A DNA stretch of 49,311 nucleotides, taken from NCBI GenBank assembly GCA_038883855.1, contig JAVZLH010000007.1, positions 1 to 49,311 on the forward strand, read 5' to 3'. Positions within the stretch are counted from its first letter, which is position 1; each line of letters begins with the position of its first letter. The translations under genes were made by a program, and so were the position numbers. Shown here in pieces: positions 8,272 through 18,655 of this stretch. This DNA is from Candidatus Bathyarchaeia archaeon. GTDB lineage: Archaea; Thermoproteota; Bathyarchaeia; Bathyarchaeales; Bathycorpusculaceae. Below the pieces are notes generated by a model, which saw nothing but the letters and a program-made list of their open reading frames with translations, searched no databases and was not told the origin of the DNA.

Positions 8272-9249
8272 ATGTCGTTCCTATTCAAAAAAAAGAAGGA
8301 AGAACGCGTCACAAGGATACTGTTCGCGACAGACATGCACGGTTCGGAAGGTGTTTGGCGAAAATTCCTAAACGCCTCCGCAATGCTGAAGGTTGATGTG
8401 GCTATTTGTGGCGGAGACCTAACTGGGAAAATGATAGTGCCTGTTGTCAGACAGAAAGATGGAAAATACTCATATTATCACTTGAAAAAAATTCACACGG
8501 TCGATGCGAGCGAAATAGAGAAAGCCATGAAGGAAATAAAGGGTATAGGCTATTATCCATATGTGACCAACGAAAGCGAATATGAGGAAATGATTAAAAA
8601 CCCTAAAAAAGTTGACGAAGTCTTCCACAAAGTAATGATTTCAACAATAAAAGACTGGCTTGACCTAATTCCGCAAAAAGTTCCAAGCGAAACAAGAGTT
8701 GTTGTCTGTCCAGGAAACGATGACAGACCAGCAGTTGACGAAATAGTCAACAACCACAAACATGTGATAAATGGAGAGGGGAAAGTAATAGAAATTGATG
8801 ATTCCCACGAAATGGTAAGCTGCGGTTGGGTGAACCCAAGCCCATGGAAGACAACCAGAGAAGAGGAAGAAGACAAACTTGAGGAAAGACTGGAAAAGTA
8901 CATTTCCCAACTGAAAAATACTGAAACGGCTATATTCAACTTTCACGCGCCGCCATACCAATCAAAACTTGACGAAGCCCCACTACTGGACAAGGACCTT
9001 AACCCTGTCATCCAAAGTGGAAGCGTCGTCATGGTTCCCGTAGGCTCAAAAGCCGTGAGAAAAATGATTGAGAAATACCAACCCTTCCTCGGACTTCACG
9101 GACACATACATGAATCTTCGGGTTCAATAAAAATTGGGAAGACATACTGCGTCAACCCTGGAAGCGAGTACGCAGAGGGAATTTTGAGGGCTTTCTTAAT
9201 AGAATTCAAGGGCAATAAAATCTCCAGACTACAAAGAATAGAGGGATGA
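8272..9249 (+). CDS. Calcineurin-like metallophosphoesterase (Icc-related)
   Basis: DMHG, GGDLT, PGNDD, FHAPP and HGHIHE motifs. Confidence 0.92.
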   Translation: MSFLFKKKKEERVTRILFATDMHGSEGVWRKFLNASAMLKVDVAICGGDLTGKMIVPVVRQKDGKYSYYHLKKIHTVDASEIEKAMKEIKGIGYYPYVTNESEYEEMIKNPKKVDEVFHKVMISTIKDWLDLIPQKVPSETRVVVCPGNDDRPAVDEIVNNHKHVINGEGKVIEIDDSHEMVSCGWVNPSPWKTTREEEEDKLEERLEKYISQLKNTETAIFNFHAPPYQSKLDEAPLLDKDLNPVIQSGSVVMVPVGSKAVRKMIEKYQPFLGLHGHIHESSGSIKIGKTYCVNPGSEYAEGILRAFLIEFKGNKISRLQRIEG

Positions 9250-10187
9250 GGGATTCGAAAATGAGTTGGCTTATAGAAAAGGAGATTACTCGCGAACTGC
9301 CAAAAGAATGGAAGGGAATTGTTCCCACAGAAATTTTCATCCAAGAATCCCAGAACATTGTTAAAAAAGCCAAAGACGAGGGGATAACCCTAAGAATAAT
9401 AGGCGGATTGGGCATAGCAATACACTGCCAAGAGCACAAGGACTTTGCGAAAAAGCTGGGCAGAATAGGAACAGGTGTGGTTGAAGGGCAAGAATACAGC
9501 GATATAGATTACGTTTCTTACCGTGCGCAAAGAGAGAAAGTTAAAGGTTTATTTGATAAAATAGGCTATGCGAAAAGAAGGGCAACTCTCTCCAGCGCAG
9601 CATCTGAAAGGCAAATATATTATCATCCTAAAGGCTGGTTTTACGTGGATGTTTTCTTTGACAAGCTGCTGGTGGCAAACCACCCAATAGACTTCAAAGG
9701 AAGACTTGAACTGGATTATCCAACAATCACCGTTACAGATATGCTTTTAGAGAAAATCCAAATGTGGGAAGCCTTCAGCGTAAAAGACCTAAAAGACTGT
9801 CTACTCCTCCTAAAAGCCCACAACATCGGCGAAAAAGGCGAAAAAGAACAAATAGACGCCGCCTACATAGCCAAACTCTTAGCCCAAGACTGGGGATTCT
9901 GGTACACAGCCACAACAAACCTCAAAAAACTCAGAAAGTTCACCTCTGAAATAGACAAGCTTGGAAAAGAAGCGGAAATAGATCCCAAACAAATTGACAA
10001 AAAAGACAGAGAAGAAATAATAGAGAAAATAGACGCTCTCCTAGAAAGAATAGAGAAGGAACCAAAAACCTTCGGGTGGAAAATGCGGGCGAAAATAGGC
10101 ACAAAAAAGAAATGGTACAACCCGGTGGAAAGACCGGAAACCGTCGGCGGATTCGGAATATGGGAAGCCCTACTAAAAGAAGGCTAA
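9246..10187 (+). CDS. Uncharacterised Pol-beta-superfamily nucleotidyltransferase
   Basis: IGGLGIAIHC...SDIDY, VDVF and KDLKD motifs; ATGA overlap with the phosphoesterase gene. Confidence 0.75.
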   Translation: MRDSKMSWLIEKEITRELPKEWKGIVPTEIFIQESQNIVKKAKDEGITLRIIGGLGIAIHCQEHKDFAKKLGRIGTGVVEGQEYSDIDYVSYRAQREKVKGLFDKIGYAKRRATLSSAASERQIYYHPKGWFYVDVFFDKLLVANHPIDFKGRLELDYPTITVTDMLLEKIQMWEAFSVKDLKDCLLLLKAHNIGEKGEKEQIDAAYIAKLLAQDWGFWYTATTNLKKLRKFTSEIDKLGKEAEIDPKQIDKKDREEIIEKIDALLERIEKEPKTFGWKMRAKIGTKKKWYNPVERPETVGGFGIWEALLKEG

Positions 10188-10237
10188 CATCCATATAAAA
10201 GCGAAAAGTTAATGAGCAAAGGCTTAACGTGTATTTT

Positions 10238-10363
10238 GGGGTTTGCCGGCCATAGGGCGCGGGACCCACCCGATCCCATTCCGAACTCGGAAGTTAAACC
10301 GCGCTCCGTTCCCGGTTGTAGTGTGGTCTTCGGCCACGCGAAGCCGGGAAAGCTGGCAGCCCC
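10238..10363 (+). rRNA. rrf: 5S rRNA (stand-alone)
   Basis: GGCCATAG...ACCCGATCCCATTCCGAACTCGGAAGTTAAACC signature; terminal helix GGGGTTTGCC/GGCAGCCCC. Confidence 0.95.
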
Positions 10364-10421
10364 GCTTCAAGATTTGCTTGGGAATTTGTAGTGGAGTTAC
10401 CTAAAATTTATAACTAAGCGT

Positions 10422-11588
10422 TTGATAGTTTCTCGGAAAGGTGAGTTTGTGAACATAATAGCGGTGGCAACTGCGCAGAGCAAAATTGCCCAGCCGGACA
10501 TCTTCGGCGAATACTCATGGATATTTAACTTGCTCTTCTACATAATTTTTGTAGTTTTCATTTTTTATGGACAAAGAATCCAGATGTATGTTATGCTTAG
10601 GGAAGTTGAAGGTTCGCTTTACAAGCTGAAATTTATTAAGGATGAGGGGAGGAGGATAGCGATAGAAACTATAAAGGAGATTGGGAAGCCGCAGACAGAC
10701 CCAACATCCAGAGTTGACAGGTTTTTGGAGTATTTCACAATAGCGCCTCAAAGTTTAGACCCTGCAGGTGTGGTTTGGAAGCTTGAACATATCCTTGATG
10801 TTAGGGATACCCGATTTAAAGATGAAGTTAAATTAATGGCGCCAGCAGCGGATGAAACGCAAACAAATAATTTGGAAAATACGCTTGAGGCTGCCATGGC
10901 GTTGAACTATATTTACAAAGTGATAAGACACTATTACTTGCTGGGTAAAAAAACCCTAAGCCTCTACATAATTATGCAAATACAGATGATACTGCCCCTT
11001 GTCATGCGAGAAGCAGAAGCCTACGCCAGCGCGTTAAAGGCTTTTGCCTATGGACAGCCAATAGGCGATGGTGTAGGAGCATTGGTGGCGGCAAAACTCA
11101 TGCATGGACACGAAAAGAAGAAGATATCAAAAGACTGTGTTGTTGCAACTGTGCCAATAGAAGGGCGAATAGCGTATGTTATCAAAGCTGAAGGCCCCGG
11201 GGGAAACGTCGGCAAGCCTGGAGACGCCATTAAAACGGTTATTGAGGAGAATGAAGGTAAAATTGCGAACATAATTATGGTTGATGCTGCTTTGAAGCTT
11301 GAGGGTGAAGAGGTTGGCGAGGTTGCTGAGGGGGTTGGCGCAGCTATAGGCGGACCCGGTGTTGACCAGTTTAAGATTGAGGAGTCTATTCTAAAGTACC
11401 GTATTCCAATAAACGCGGTTATAATTAAGGAGGATATTGGCGACGCGGTTTCGCCGATGCGTAAGGAAATTTTTGACGCTGTTGACAAGGCTATAGAGAG
11501 GATAAAGCAAGTTATTTTGGAGAGGACTAAAGAGGGTGATAAAATAATCATCACTGGGGTTGGCAACACAATTGGCATTGGGCAATAG
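10422..11588 (+). CDS. DUF1512 family protein (N-terminal TM; GPR-peptidase-like C-domain)
   Basis: PIGDGVGAL, KAEGPGGNVG, VDAALKLEGE and GVGNTIGIGQ motifs; the true start may be slightly downstream. Confidence 0.8.
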   Translation: MIVSRKGEFVNIIAVATAQSKIAQPDIFGEYSWIFNLLFYIIFVVFIFYGQRIQMYVMLREVEGSLYKLKFIKDEGRRIAIETIKEIGKPQTDPTSRVDRFLEYFTIAPQSLDPAGVVWKLEHILDVRDTRFKDEVKLMAPAADETQTNNLENTLEAAMALNYIYKVIRHYYLLGKKTLSLYIIMQIQMILPLVMREAEAYASALKAFAYGQPIGDGVGALVAAKLMHGHEKKKISKDCVVATVPIEGRIAYVIKAEGPGGNVGKPGDAIKTVIEENEGKIANIIMVDAALKLEGEEVGEVAEGVGAAIGGPGVDQFKIEESILKYRIPINAVIIKEDIGDAVSPMRKEIFDAVDKAIERIKQVILERTKEGDKIIITGVGNTIGIGQ

Positions 11589-11600
11589 GGAGGGTGTGGA

Positions 11601-12011
11601 GTGAGTAAGGCTTCATCTTATGCTTCAACTAAAATTTCCTCGTTTGTTCTGGTGATAATATTCGTAACTTTGGCTTTTTCGTTTGCAGCTCTTGCCCTTG
11701 CAGTTTACGCCTATCCGGAGCATCCGGACTTTGCAACGTATTTGATAGTCATAGGATTCTTTGCCGCGTCTATGGCTGCCTATATGCTGCTTCAAATGAG
11801 AAGGCGTTTGTTACGTTTAAGGATTGAGTTGCCGCCTATAACAACAACTATTGAATGTAGGAAGTGCGGTTTCAAAAGTGTTAGGGAGTTTCAGCGGGGT
11901 GACTACATTTTTAAGGAAGTTGAACCTTGCCAAAAATGCAATGAAAAGATGCTTATAACAGCGATTTACAGAGAGATTAAGGAGAAACCAAAGGAAAGCT
12001 TCCCTTTTTAG
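11601..12011 (+). CDS. Membrane-anchored Zn-ribbon protein
   Basis: Two TM helices, then CRKC...REFQRGDY...CQKC. Confidence 0.8.
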   Translation: MSKASSYASTKISSFVLVIIFVTLAFSFAALALAVYAYPEHPDFATYLIVIGFFAASMAAYMLLQMRRRLLRLRIELPPITTTIECRKCGFKSVREFQRGDYIFKEVEPCQKCNEKMLITAIYREIKEKPKESFPF

Positions 12012-12922
12012 GTTAGGATTGTGCATCCGTTTTCGGTTACTAAAATCGTGTGTTCTACTTGGGCTACGGGTTTTCTGCTTACTTCGACGAAAACTGGATA
12101 ACCCATTATAGCCCTTGAGGATAAAAGTTCTTTGAGGGCTTCTTGACGCTGCTGTTTTGGCATTATGTTTGTTAGCCAACGCTCAGTAAAGGGCAACGTC
12201 TTAAAGTTTTTTTCTATATATTTTAAAAGCTGTTTTGCATACGGGTTTTTAGCAGGTTTAGATTTGAGACAACGGAAGATTGTGACTTCCGCGCCATCTT
12301 CAACCCTACCCACTGCTTCTGGGAGAGTTACGAATGGTTCGATGGCGTATACTTCGCCGAGTTTGATTTTGGATAGGGATATTTGTGAAACGTTTGGTAT
12401 GGATGTGCCAGCATGCACGAGATATCGCCCAACTTGGTGGCCAGTCAGGTTAGAGATTGGCTTGAAGCCTCTAGATTTTATTGTTTTTTCTATTAAGGCG
12501 CCTATTTTTGAAGTGGAAACATTTGGGCGAATGTTTTCTATAGCTGTTTTCAGGGCTTTTTCGGCTGTTTCTACTAGGCTTTCATATTCTGAGTTGAAGC
12601 TAATTGTTATGGCTGTGTCTGTAACGTAGCCGTCTACGTGAGCGCCTATGTCAACTTTCACTATGGAGTTTTCTGGTATTCTCCTACTATCGTTTGGCGT
12701 TGAAGTGTAATGTGCTGCAACCTCGTTTATTGAGACATTGCATGGGAATGCTGGTTTTCCTCCTTTTTCGCGGATTAACTCCTCGGCTCTTTCGCAGACT
12801 TCTAATATTGGCATACCTTCTTTGACGAAATGTTTTATTTCTTCACGTGTTTCTCGCAGGATTTTTCCAGAAAGCCTAAACTTTTCAATTGCCTCCGCAT
12901 CGTAATTACTCATTAGTTTCAC
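12008..12922 (-). CDS. map: Methionine aminopeptidase type II
   Basis: AFPCN...AAHY, DIGAHVDG...DTA, NLTGH, AIEPF and EHT motifs. Confidence 0.96.
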   Translation of the reverse strand: MKLMSNYDAEAIEKFRLSGKILRETREEIKHFVKEGMPILEVCERAEELIREKGGKPAFPCNVSINEVAAHYTSTPNDSRRIPENSIVKVDIGAHVDGYVTDTAITISFNSEYESLVETAEKALKTAIENIRPNVSTSKIGALIEKTIKSRGFKPISNLTGHQVGRYLVHAGTSIPNVSQISLSKIKLGEVYAIEPFVTLPEAVGRVEDGAEVTIFRCLKSKPAKNPYAKQLLKYIEKNFKTLPFTERWLTNIMPKQQRQEALKELLSSRAIMGYPVFVEVSRKPVAQVEHTILVTENGCTILT

Positions 12923-12992
12923 TCTTTATTTTTAATGTTAAACGCTAAATGTTTAATAATTTAAAAAAGTGTTGGTGAAGTGGGTGAATGGC

Positions 12993-13664
12993 ATGGCTAA
13001 GGTTACGTGGTTTGGGCATGCGGCTTTCAAAGTTGAAGTTGCTGGAAAAACGGTTTTAATTGACCCGTGGCTTGATGGAAACCCCTTGTCTCCAATTAAG
13101 GCTGCGGAAATAGCTAAAGCAGATGTTGTTTATGTTACTCACGACCACGGCGACCATTTAGGTGACGCGATTAAAATATGCAAGAAAACAAAGGCTGTTT
13201 TTGTAGCCACATTTGAACTGGGCAATTACGCGCAAGAAAAAGGTATAAGCAATGTTGTTGGCTTAAACATTGGCGGCAGCATAGAAGTGGACGGGATTAA
13301 GCTTACAGTTGTCCATGCAACCCACACAGCCTCGAAAGGCGCGCCAACGGGAGTCATAATTGAAGGCGAAGGCAAAAGGATTTATCATATGGGCGACACT
13401 GGACTTTTCAGCGATTTAAGCCTTTTCGGAGAACTTTACAAACCAGACTTAGCCATGGTTCCCATAGGAGGCTTTTACACTATGGGCGCGCGGGAGGCAG
13501 TGGAAGCTATTGCATTGCTTAAACCTAAGGTTGCTGTTCCAATGCACTTCGGAACTTTTCCAGTTCTGGCGCAGTCAGCAGACGAGTTTGTTAGGCTTGC
13601 TATGGAGAAAACGCCGAGGGTTAAGGTTGTTGTACTAAAGCCAAGCGAAAGTTACATGCTTTAG
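12993..13664 (+). CDS. MBL-fold metal-dependent hydrolase (UPF0173)
   Basis: WFGHA, THDHGDH, YHMGDT and PMHFGTF motifs; start placed at MAKVTWF. Confidence 0.9.
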   Translation: MAKVTWFGHAAFKVEVAGKTVLIDPWLDGNPLSPIKAAEIAKADVVYVTHDHGDHLGDAIKICKKTKAVFVATFELGNYAQEKGISNVVGLNIGGSIEVDGIKLTVVHATHTASKGAPTGVIIEGEGKRIYHMGDTGLFSDLSLFGELYKPDLAMVPIGGFYTMGAREAVEAIALLKPKVAVPMHFGTFPVLAQSADEFVRLAMEKTPRVKVVVLKPSESYML

Positions 13665-13890
13665 AGTTCTGTTGTGCGAACTTTTGGTTCCAGGGTTGCA
13701 AAGTTGCTTTCGCCTAGATGGAAAGTTTGCATTTATGATAAGCGCTGCATTCTTTATTATTGGCGGCTTAACCTTTTGGACAAAGGTGCTAAAGGCGGTT
13801 TACTTAAATTTTCGCGGTCTCTTCCACTTGTTCCTACCCTGTAATCTCCGAAGCATTTTATAGCATCAAGTTACGCAACTTAAAATGCGA

Positions 13891-15021
13891 TTAGCGTTTT
13901 ATGCGATATTTTTCTATTTTGTTTTTTGCTTTCTCACGTTTTCTTCTATGCTCTACAAGAAACTTATTTACCCTTTCAGCTAATTCGGTTTTGCATTCGC
14001 CACACAAGAGTTCTCCACTTCTACACCGCTGCTCTCTCTCCGCTAACCGCTTGTCATCTTCTTCAAAGAGGTAATAGTAATACTGGAAAATTGTGCATAT
14101 ACTTGGGGCTCCGCCAAGCTTCCTCTGCTCTTCAACGGTCGCCCTCCCACCCGAAAAAGCGTTCCAGATTTTACGCTTAACCACTTCAGGCGGGTCAATA
14201 GTAAATATGGAGGTTTCAGGCTCTGAAGCGCTCATTTTCCCGCCCACACCTAGTCCGGGCAAGAAGCGACAGTGCATTTGCGCTGGCTTGTAGTAGCCAA
14301 GTTTAGAGGCTATGTCGCGGGTTACACGCCAATAAGGGTCTTGGTCGATGGCGGCTGGTATAAGCGCTGGAACATTTTCGCCGGTTAATTTCGCATGAAT
14401 AAAACACGGCACAGCTTGTATTGCTGGCCAAAAAATCCACCCTATGTTTGTGCTTTCCTGAAATCCAAACGTGGCTCTTGCCGTTGAGTAGGTTATGCGC
14501 TTCGCAACTTCTAAGGCGATGTCATAAAGCAAGCCCATGTCCTGAACGTCAAAAATTATGAACGTATTTTCTGGCTCGAAGCCCAAAGCAATCAAATCCA
14601 AAGCGTTTTCGTAAGCAAACCTTTTCGTGTCCTCAAGCCCAAGCTCGTCATCAACCAAAAACTTCTCATCATCAGTCATCTGAAAATAAAGCCTCGCATC
14701 AAACTTCTCCTGAAGATACCGCGTAAAAATCCACGGAACCAAATGCCCGATATGAACCGGTCCAGACGGACCCCTACCAGTGTATAAAACAAATTTTACT
14801 CCCTTATCGTAAAGGTCAAGAACAGTGTCCAAGTCGCGGTGGGAAAAGAAAAGCCTTCTTCGGAGCTGAAGATGAAGCTCACCCGTATACTTCGCTATTC
14901 TTTTTAGTAACTCGTCCGTGATGGGTTGCGTGCCAAACTCGCGTATCAAGCGTTCATAGTCAACTTTGCCCCTAACTTCCCACGGAGTAACAACCATCTC
15001 GTTCCTTTCTTCGCCAGCCAA
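13891..15021 (-). CDS. trpS: Tryptophanyl-tRNA synthetase
   Basis: YTGRGPSGPVHIGH, AIDQDPY and KMSAS motifs. Confidence 0.97.
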   Translation of the reverse strand: MAGEERNEMVVTPWEVRGKVDYERLIREFGTQPITDELLKRIAKYTGELHLQLRRRLFFSHRDLDTVLDLYDKGVKFVLYTGRGPSGPVHIGHLVPWIFTRYLQEKFDARLYFQMTDDEKFLVDDELGLEDTKRFAYENALDLIALGFEPENTFIIFDVQDMGLLYDIALEVAKRITYSTARATFGFQESTNIGWIFWPAIQAVPCFIHAKLTGENVPALIPAAIDQDPYWRVTRDIASKLGYYKPAQMHCRFLPGLGVGGKMSASEPETSIFTIDPPEVVKRKIWNAFSGGRATVEEQRKLGGAPSICTIFQYYYYLFEEDDKRLAEREQRCRSGELLCGECKTELAERVNKFLVEHRRKREKAKNKIEKYRIKR

Positions 15022-15323
15022 ACCATTCGCCGCCCAATTCTCAATGCAGCTTCTTTATACAATTCCGCGAAAACATATTAAGTTTTATGCGAAAACCAAG
15101 CGAACAGACCGCTTTTCCTTCCGAAAAGAATAATCCATAAATATTATTTTCGCATTTCTGATTGCTGATGGTGAAGGGATGCCCCGCCAATTTACATAAT
15201 TCCAAACAAGTTTTCTCGCGGCGGAAAAGAGAATAGTTTAAAAATTTTACAAGAGCTTTTAAGTCAACAACACCAAAACATTCAGCCAAAACACACACCA
15301 AAATCTAAAGGGAGAAAAGAAAC

Positions 15324-16838
15324 ATGAGTGAACTTCGCTTACGCTCGCATGAGCAAAAAACGCTTCTAGCTCTAAAAGAGTTAGGCGGCAAAGCCCCTGT
15401 TGACGGAGTTGTGGCAAAAAGCGGCTTAGCCCACGCCGCCGTCATGCGCGCAGCCCTAACCTTATCGACAAAGAAGCTTTTAGCCATCCACGAGCAAAAG
15501 AGGACTATTGCCACCCTAAACAAAGAGGGACAACAATACGCGCGAGTTGGGCTGCCAGAAAGACGTTTGCTCCGCGCCATACTAAAACTAGGCGAAAAGG
15601 TAACTGTGGAGGAAGCAGCAAAAGAAGCAAAGCTTGAAAGCGCATTTATACCAATCGCGTTGGGATGGCTAAGCCGCAAAAACTGGGCTTCAGTAAATGG
15701 CAAAAGTTGCATCTTAAAATTGGATAAGGAGCCGCCGTTTGGAAGCGATGAAAACCTTCTAATCTTAATATCGGAAAAAGGCGCGGTTACCGTTGAAGAA
15801 CTAAGCAAGGAACAAGTAGAAGCGCTAACTATGCTGAAAAAACGCAAACTAATAAAGCTGGAGGAGAAGGCACAGCGCACGCTTGAACTCACACCAGAAG
15901 GCTGGGAAACCATCCAAAAAGGGTTAAAGGTTGTTGAGGAGATAACCCAACTAACACCCGAACTCATAATAACCAAAAAATGGCGACAAACAAAACTCGC
16001 AAAATTCGACGTAACAGCGCCAACACCAGCGATTTTTCCAGGCAAAATGCATCCCCTACAACAGATTATCCAACGCGCCCGCGAAATCTTCCTAGAAATG
16101 GGCTTCACAGAAATCCGCGGACCCTTAGTGGAGACAGCCTTCTGGAACTTTGACGCGCTTTTCCAGCCTCAAGACCACCCAGCCAGAGAAATGATGGACA
16201 CCTTCTATTTAGATAATCCAAAGACTGGGCGGTTACCAGCAAAAACAATAGTGGATGCCGTTGCCAAAACCCACGAGGACGGTTGGATAACGGGCTCTAA
16301 GGGCTGGCGTTACAAATGGAGTCCAGAGGAGGCGAAAAGGCTTGTTCTCCGAACGCACACAACGGCTGAAACCATAAAATACCTTTCAACACACAAAAAA
16401 CCGCCCATAAAAGTTTTCTCCGTCGACAGGGTTTATAGAAACGAACAAGTAACCTACAAAAACATAGCTGAATTCCACCAAATTGAAGGCATAGTCGTAG
16501 GCGAAAACGTCACCCTCAAAGACCTAATGGGAACACTGAAAACTTTCTACACAAAGTTCGGATTGGAGAAAATAGAGTTTTGGCCATGCTACTTCCCCTA
16601 CACTGAACCTTCAGCCCAAGCCATGGTCTACCACCCGAAACTTGGACGTTGGATAGAGCTCTGCGGAATGGGCTTGTTTAGACCAGAGGTTCTTGCGCCT
16701 CTGGGTATTAAATGTCCAGTTTTGGCTTGGGGCGGAGGCTTGGAGCGGCTAGCCATGATTGAGTTGGGGTTGGACGACATTAGACTTCTTTACGCCAACA
16801 ATTTAGAGTGGCTTAGGAGGACACCCTTATGCCAGTAA
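15324..16838 (+). CDS. pheS: Phenylalanyl-tRNA synthetase alpha subunit
   Basis: WNFDALFQPQDHPAR, LRTHTT, FPYTEPS and GLERL motifs. Confidence 0.97.
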   Translation: MSELRLRSHEQKTLLALKELGGKAPVDGVVAKSGLAHAAVMRAALTLSTKKLLAIHEQKRTIATLNKEGQQYARVGLPERRLLRAILKLGEKVTVEEAAKEAKLESAFIPIALGWLSRKNWASVNGKSCILKLDKEPPFGSDENLLILISEKGAVTVEELSKEQVEALTMLKKRKLIKLEEKAQRTLELTPEGWETIQKGLKVVEEITQLTPELIITKKWRQTKLAKFDVTAPTPAIFPGKMHPLQQIIQRAREIFLEMGFTEIRGPLVETAFWNFDALFQPQDHPAREMMDTFYLDNPKTGRLPAKTIVDAVAKTHEDGWITGSKGWRYKWSPEEAKRLVLRTHTTAETIKYLSTHKKPPIKVFSVDRVYRNEQVTYKNIAEFHQIEGIVVGENVTLKDLMGTLKTFYTKFGLEKIEFWPCYFPYTEPSAQAMVYHPKLGRWIELCGMGLFRPEVLAPLGIKCPVLAWGGGLERLAMIELGLDDIRLLYANNLEWLRRTPLCQ

Positions 16839-18499
16839 TCACGCTTTACGAGAAGAAATTTTCCAAGTTTTTGGGCAGAGAAATAACAGTTAAAGAACTT
16901 GTTAGGCAGCTGCCATGGATAGGCTTCGACATAGAGGAAATAGACGAAGACTACGTTAAAGTGGAATACAACCCGAATCGCATAGATTTCTGCAGCTACG
17001 CTGGAGTTGCCAGAGCTCTAAAAGGCTTTATGGGTTTGGATGAAGGACTTCCAAAATACGAGGCGAAAGAGCCTAAAATCACACTTTTTGTGGACGAGGA
17101 AGTTGCCAAAGTTAGACCTTTCATGCTTGCAGCCGCCGTCTACAATGTGGAGTTGGACGAGGATTCCATTGTTGAATTAATGGATATGCAAGAGGACCTC
17201 CACTGGGGAATAGGCAGAGATAGAAAAAAGGTTTCTATAGGAATTCATAATTTGGATGTTGTTAAGCCGCCTTTCACTTATACGGCTGTTGAGCCTACAA
17301 GCGTGAAGTTTGTTCCGCTTGGAAAAACTGAAGCAATGAATTTGAAAGAAATTTTGGAGAAACATGAGAAGGGAATAGCCTACCGCCACATAATAGACTG
17401 GTCTCCGAAATACCCGCTTCTAATAGACAAGAACGGAGCTGTCTTGTCAATGCCGCCCATAATAAACGGCGAACTAACACGCGTAAGCAGCGAAACAAGA
17501 AACCTGTTTTTGGATGTTACGGGAACAAGCTACGAGGCTGTGGAAAAAAGCCTAAACATACTGGCAACAGCCCTAGCCGACATGGGAGGCACGCTAGAAA
17601 AGGTTTATGTAAAATATCCAGACAAAATAATCGTTTCGCCAAACCTAGAACCAGAAAAAATGACTTTGAGAATTGATTATGCGAATAAGCTTTTGGGCTT
17701 GAAGCTTTCAGAGGTAGAAACCATAAAATGCTTGCGTAAATGCAGACTGGACGCGAAAAGGGCGGAGAAGGGCGTTTTGGAAGTTTCTTATCCAGCCTAC
17801 AGAATTGACATAATGCACGAGGCGGATTTGGTTGAGGAAGTCGCCATAGGCTACGGCTATTATAGGCTTAAGCCCACAATCCCAGTTGCGACAACTGTGG
17901 GAGAACAGCACCCCGCCAACAGGCTAGCGAACACTGTTCGCCAAATAATGGTGGGTTTAGGATACTTGGAGGTTATGAACTTCACCCTAACAAACGAACG
18001 TCTCCACTATGATTTCATGAGGATAAAGCCGCAGAAGCCAGTTAAATTAGCCAACCCAGTTTCAAAGGAATACACTCTAATGCGGCAGCTTCTCCTACCC
18101 AGTTTGATGAAGAACCTTGCTGAAAACAAGCACGAAAGCTTCCCCCAAAGGCTCTTTGAAGTTTCAGATGTCGCAAAAATAAACTTAAAGTTGGAAACCA
18201 TGTGTGAGAGAAGACTTCATGTGGCTGCAGTCTCATCGCATTCCACAGCAAACTTTACAGAGGCAAAATCCACGGTTGAAGCTTTACTATCAAATCTAGG
18301 CTTGAAAAACTGGCAAATCAAAGCTGCAAAACACCCAAGCTTTTTGGAAGGCAGAACGGCAACAATACACGTAAAAAACAAGCAAATAGGCTTTTTAGGT
18401 GAAATTCACCCCGAAGTCCTAAACAACTTTGAACTGGAAAACCCAACAGCAGCCTTCGAAATAGACCTAGAACTGCTTATCGCTAAAAATCGTAAGTGA
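16829..18499 (+). CDS. pheT: Phenylalanyl-tRNA synthetase beta subunit
   Basis: NPNRID, SMPPIING, YRIDIMHEADLVEEVAIGYG and GEIHP motifs; overlaps pheS. Confidence 0.97.
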   Translation: MPVITLYEKKFSKFLGREITVKELVRQLPWIGFDIEEIDEDYVKVEYNPNRIDFCSYAGVARALKGFMGLDEGLPKYEAKEPKITLFVDEEVAKVRPFMLAAAVYNVELDEDSIVELMDMQEDLHWGIGRDRKKVSIGIHNLDVVKPPFTYTAVEPTSVKFVPLGKTEAMNLKEILEKHEKGIAYRHIIDWSPKYPLLIDKNGAVLSMPPIINGELTRVSSETRNLFLDVTGTSYEAVEKSLNILATALADMGGTLEKVYVKYPDKIIVSPNLEPEKMTLRIDYANKLLGLKLSEVETIKCLRKCRLDAKRAEKGVLEVSYPAYRIDIMHEADLVEEVAIGYGYYRLKPTIPVATTVGEQHPANRLANTVRQIMVGLGYLEVMNFTLTNERLHYDFMRIKPQKPVKLANPVSKEYTLMRQLLLPSLMKNLAENKHESFPQRLFEVSDVAKINLKLETMCERRLHVAAVSSHSTANFTEAKSTVEALLSNLGLKNWQIKAAKHPSFLEGRTATIHVKNKQIGFLGEIHPEVLNNFELENPTAAFEIDLELLIAKNRK

Positions 18500-18655
18500 T
18501 CAAAATTTTAATCAAACCGCATAAGAAAACGAAAACAGCTTTATTTTATGCTTTCACATCTTCGATGACTAATTTTTGATAAATTTTTTAGTCAAATAGC
18601 CTTAAATGACGCCATAATAATAGTTATTGTTGTTGCAGATTCGGGGCTGGAATAA

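Noticed and set aside
15022-15323. Riboswitch or ORF between trpS and pheS
   Set aside because: No convincing stems or known aptamer consensus; consistent with a divergent promoter region.
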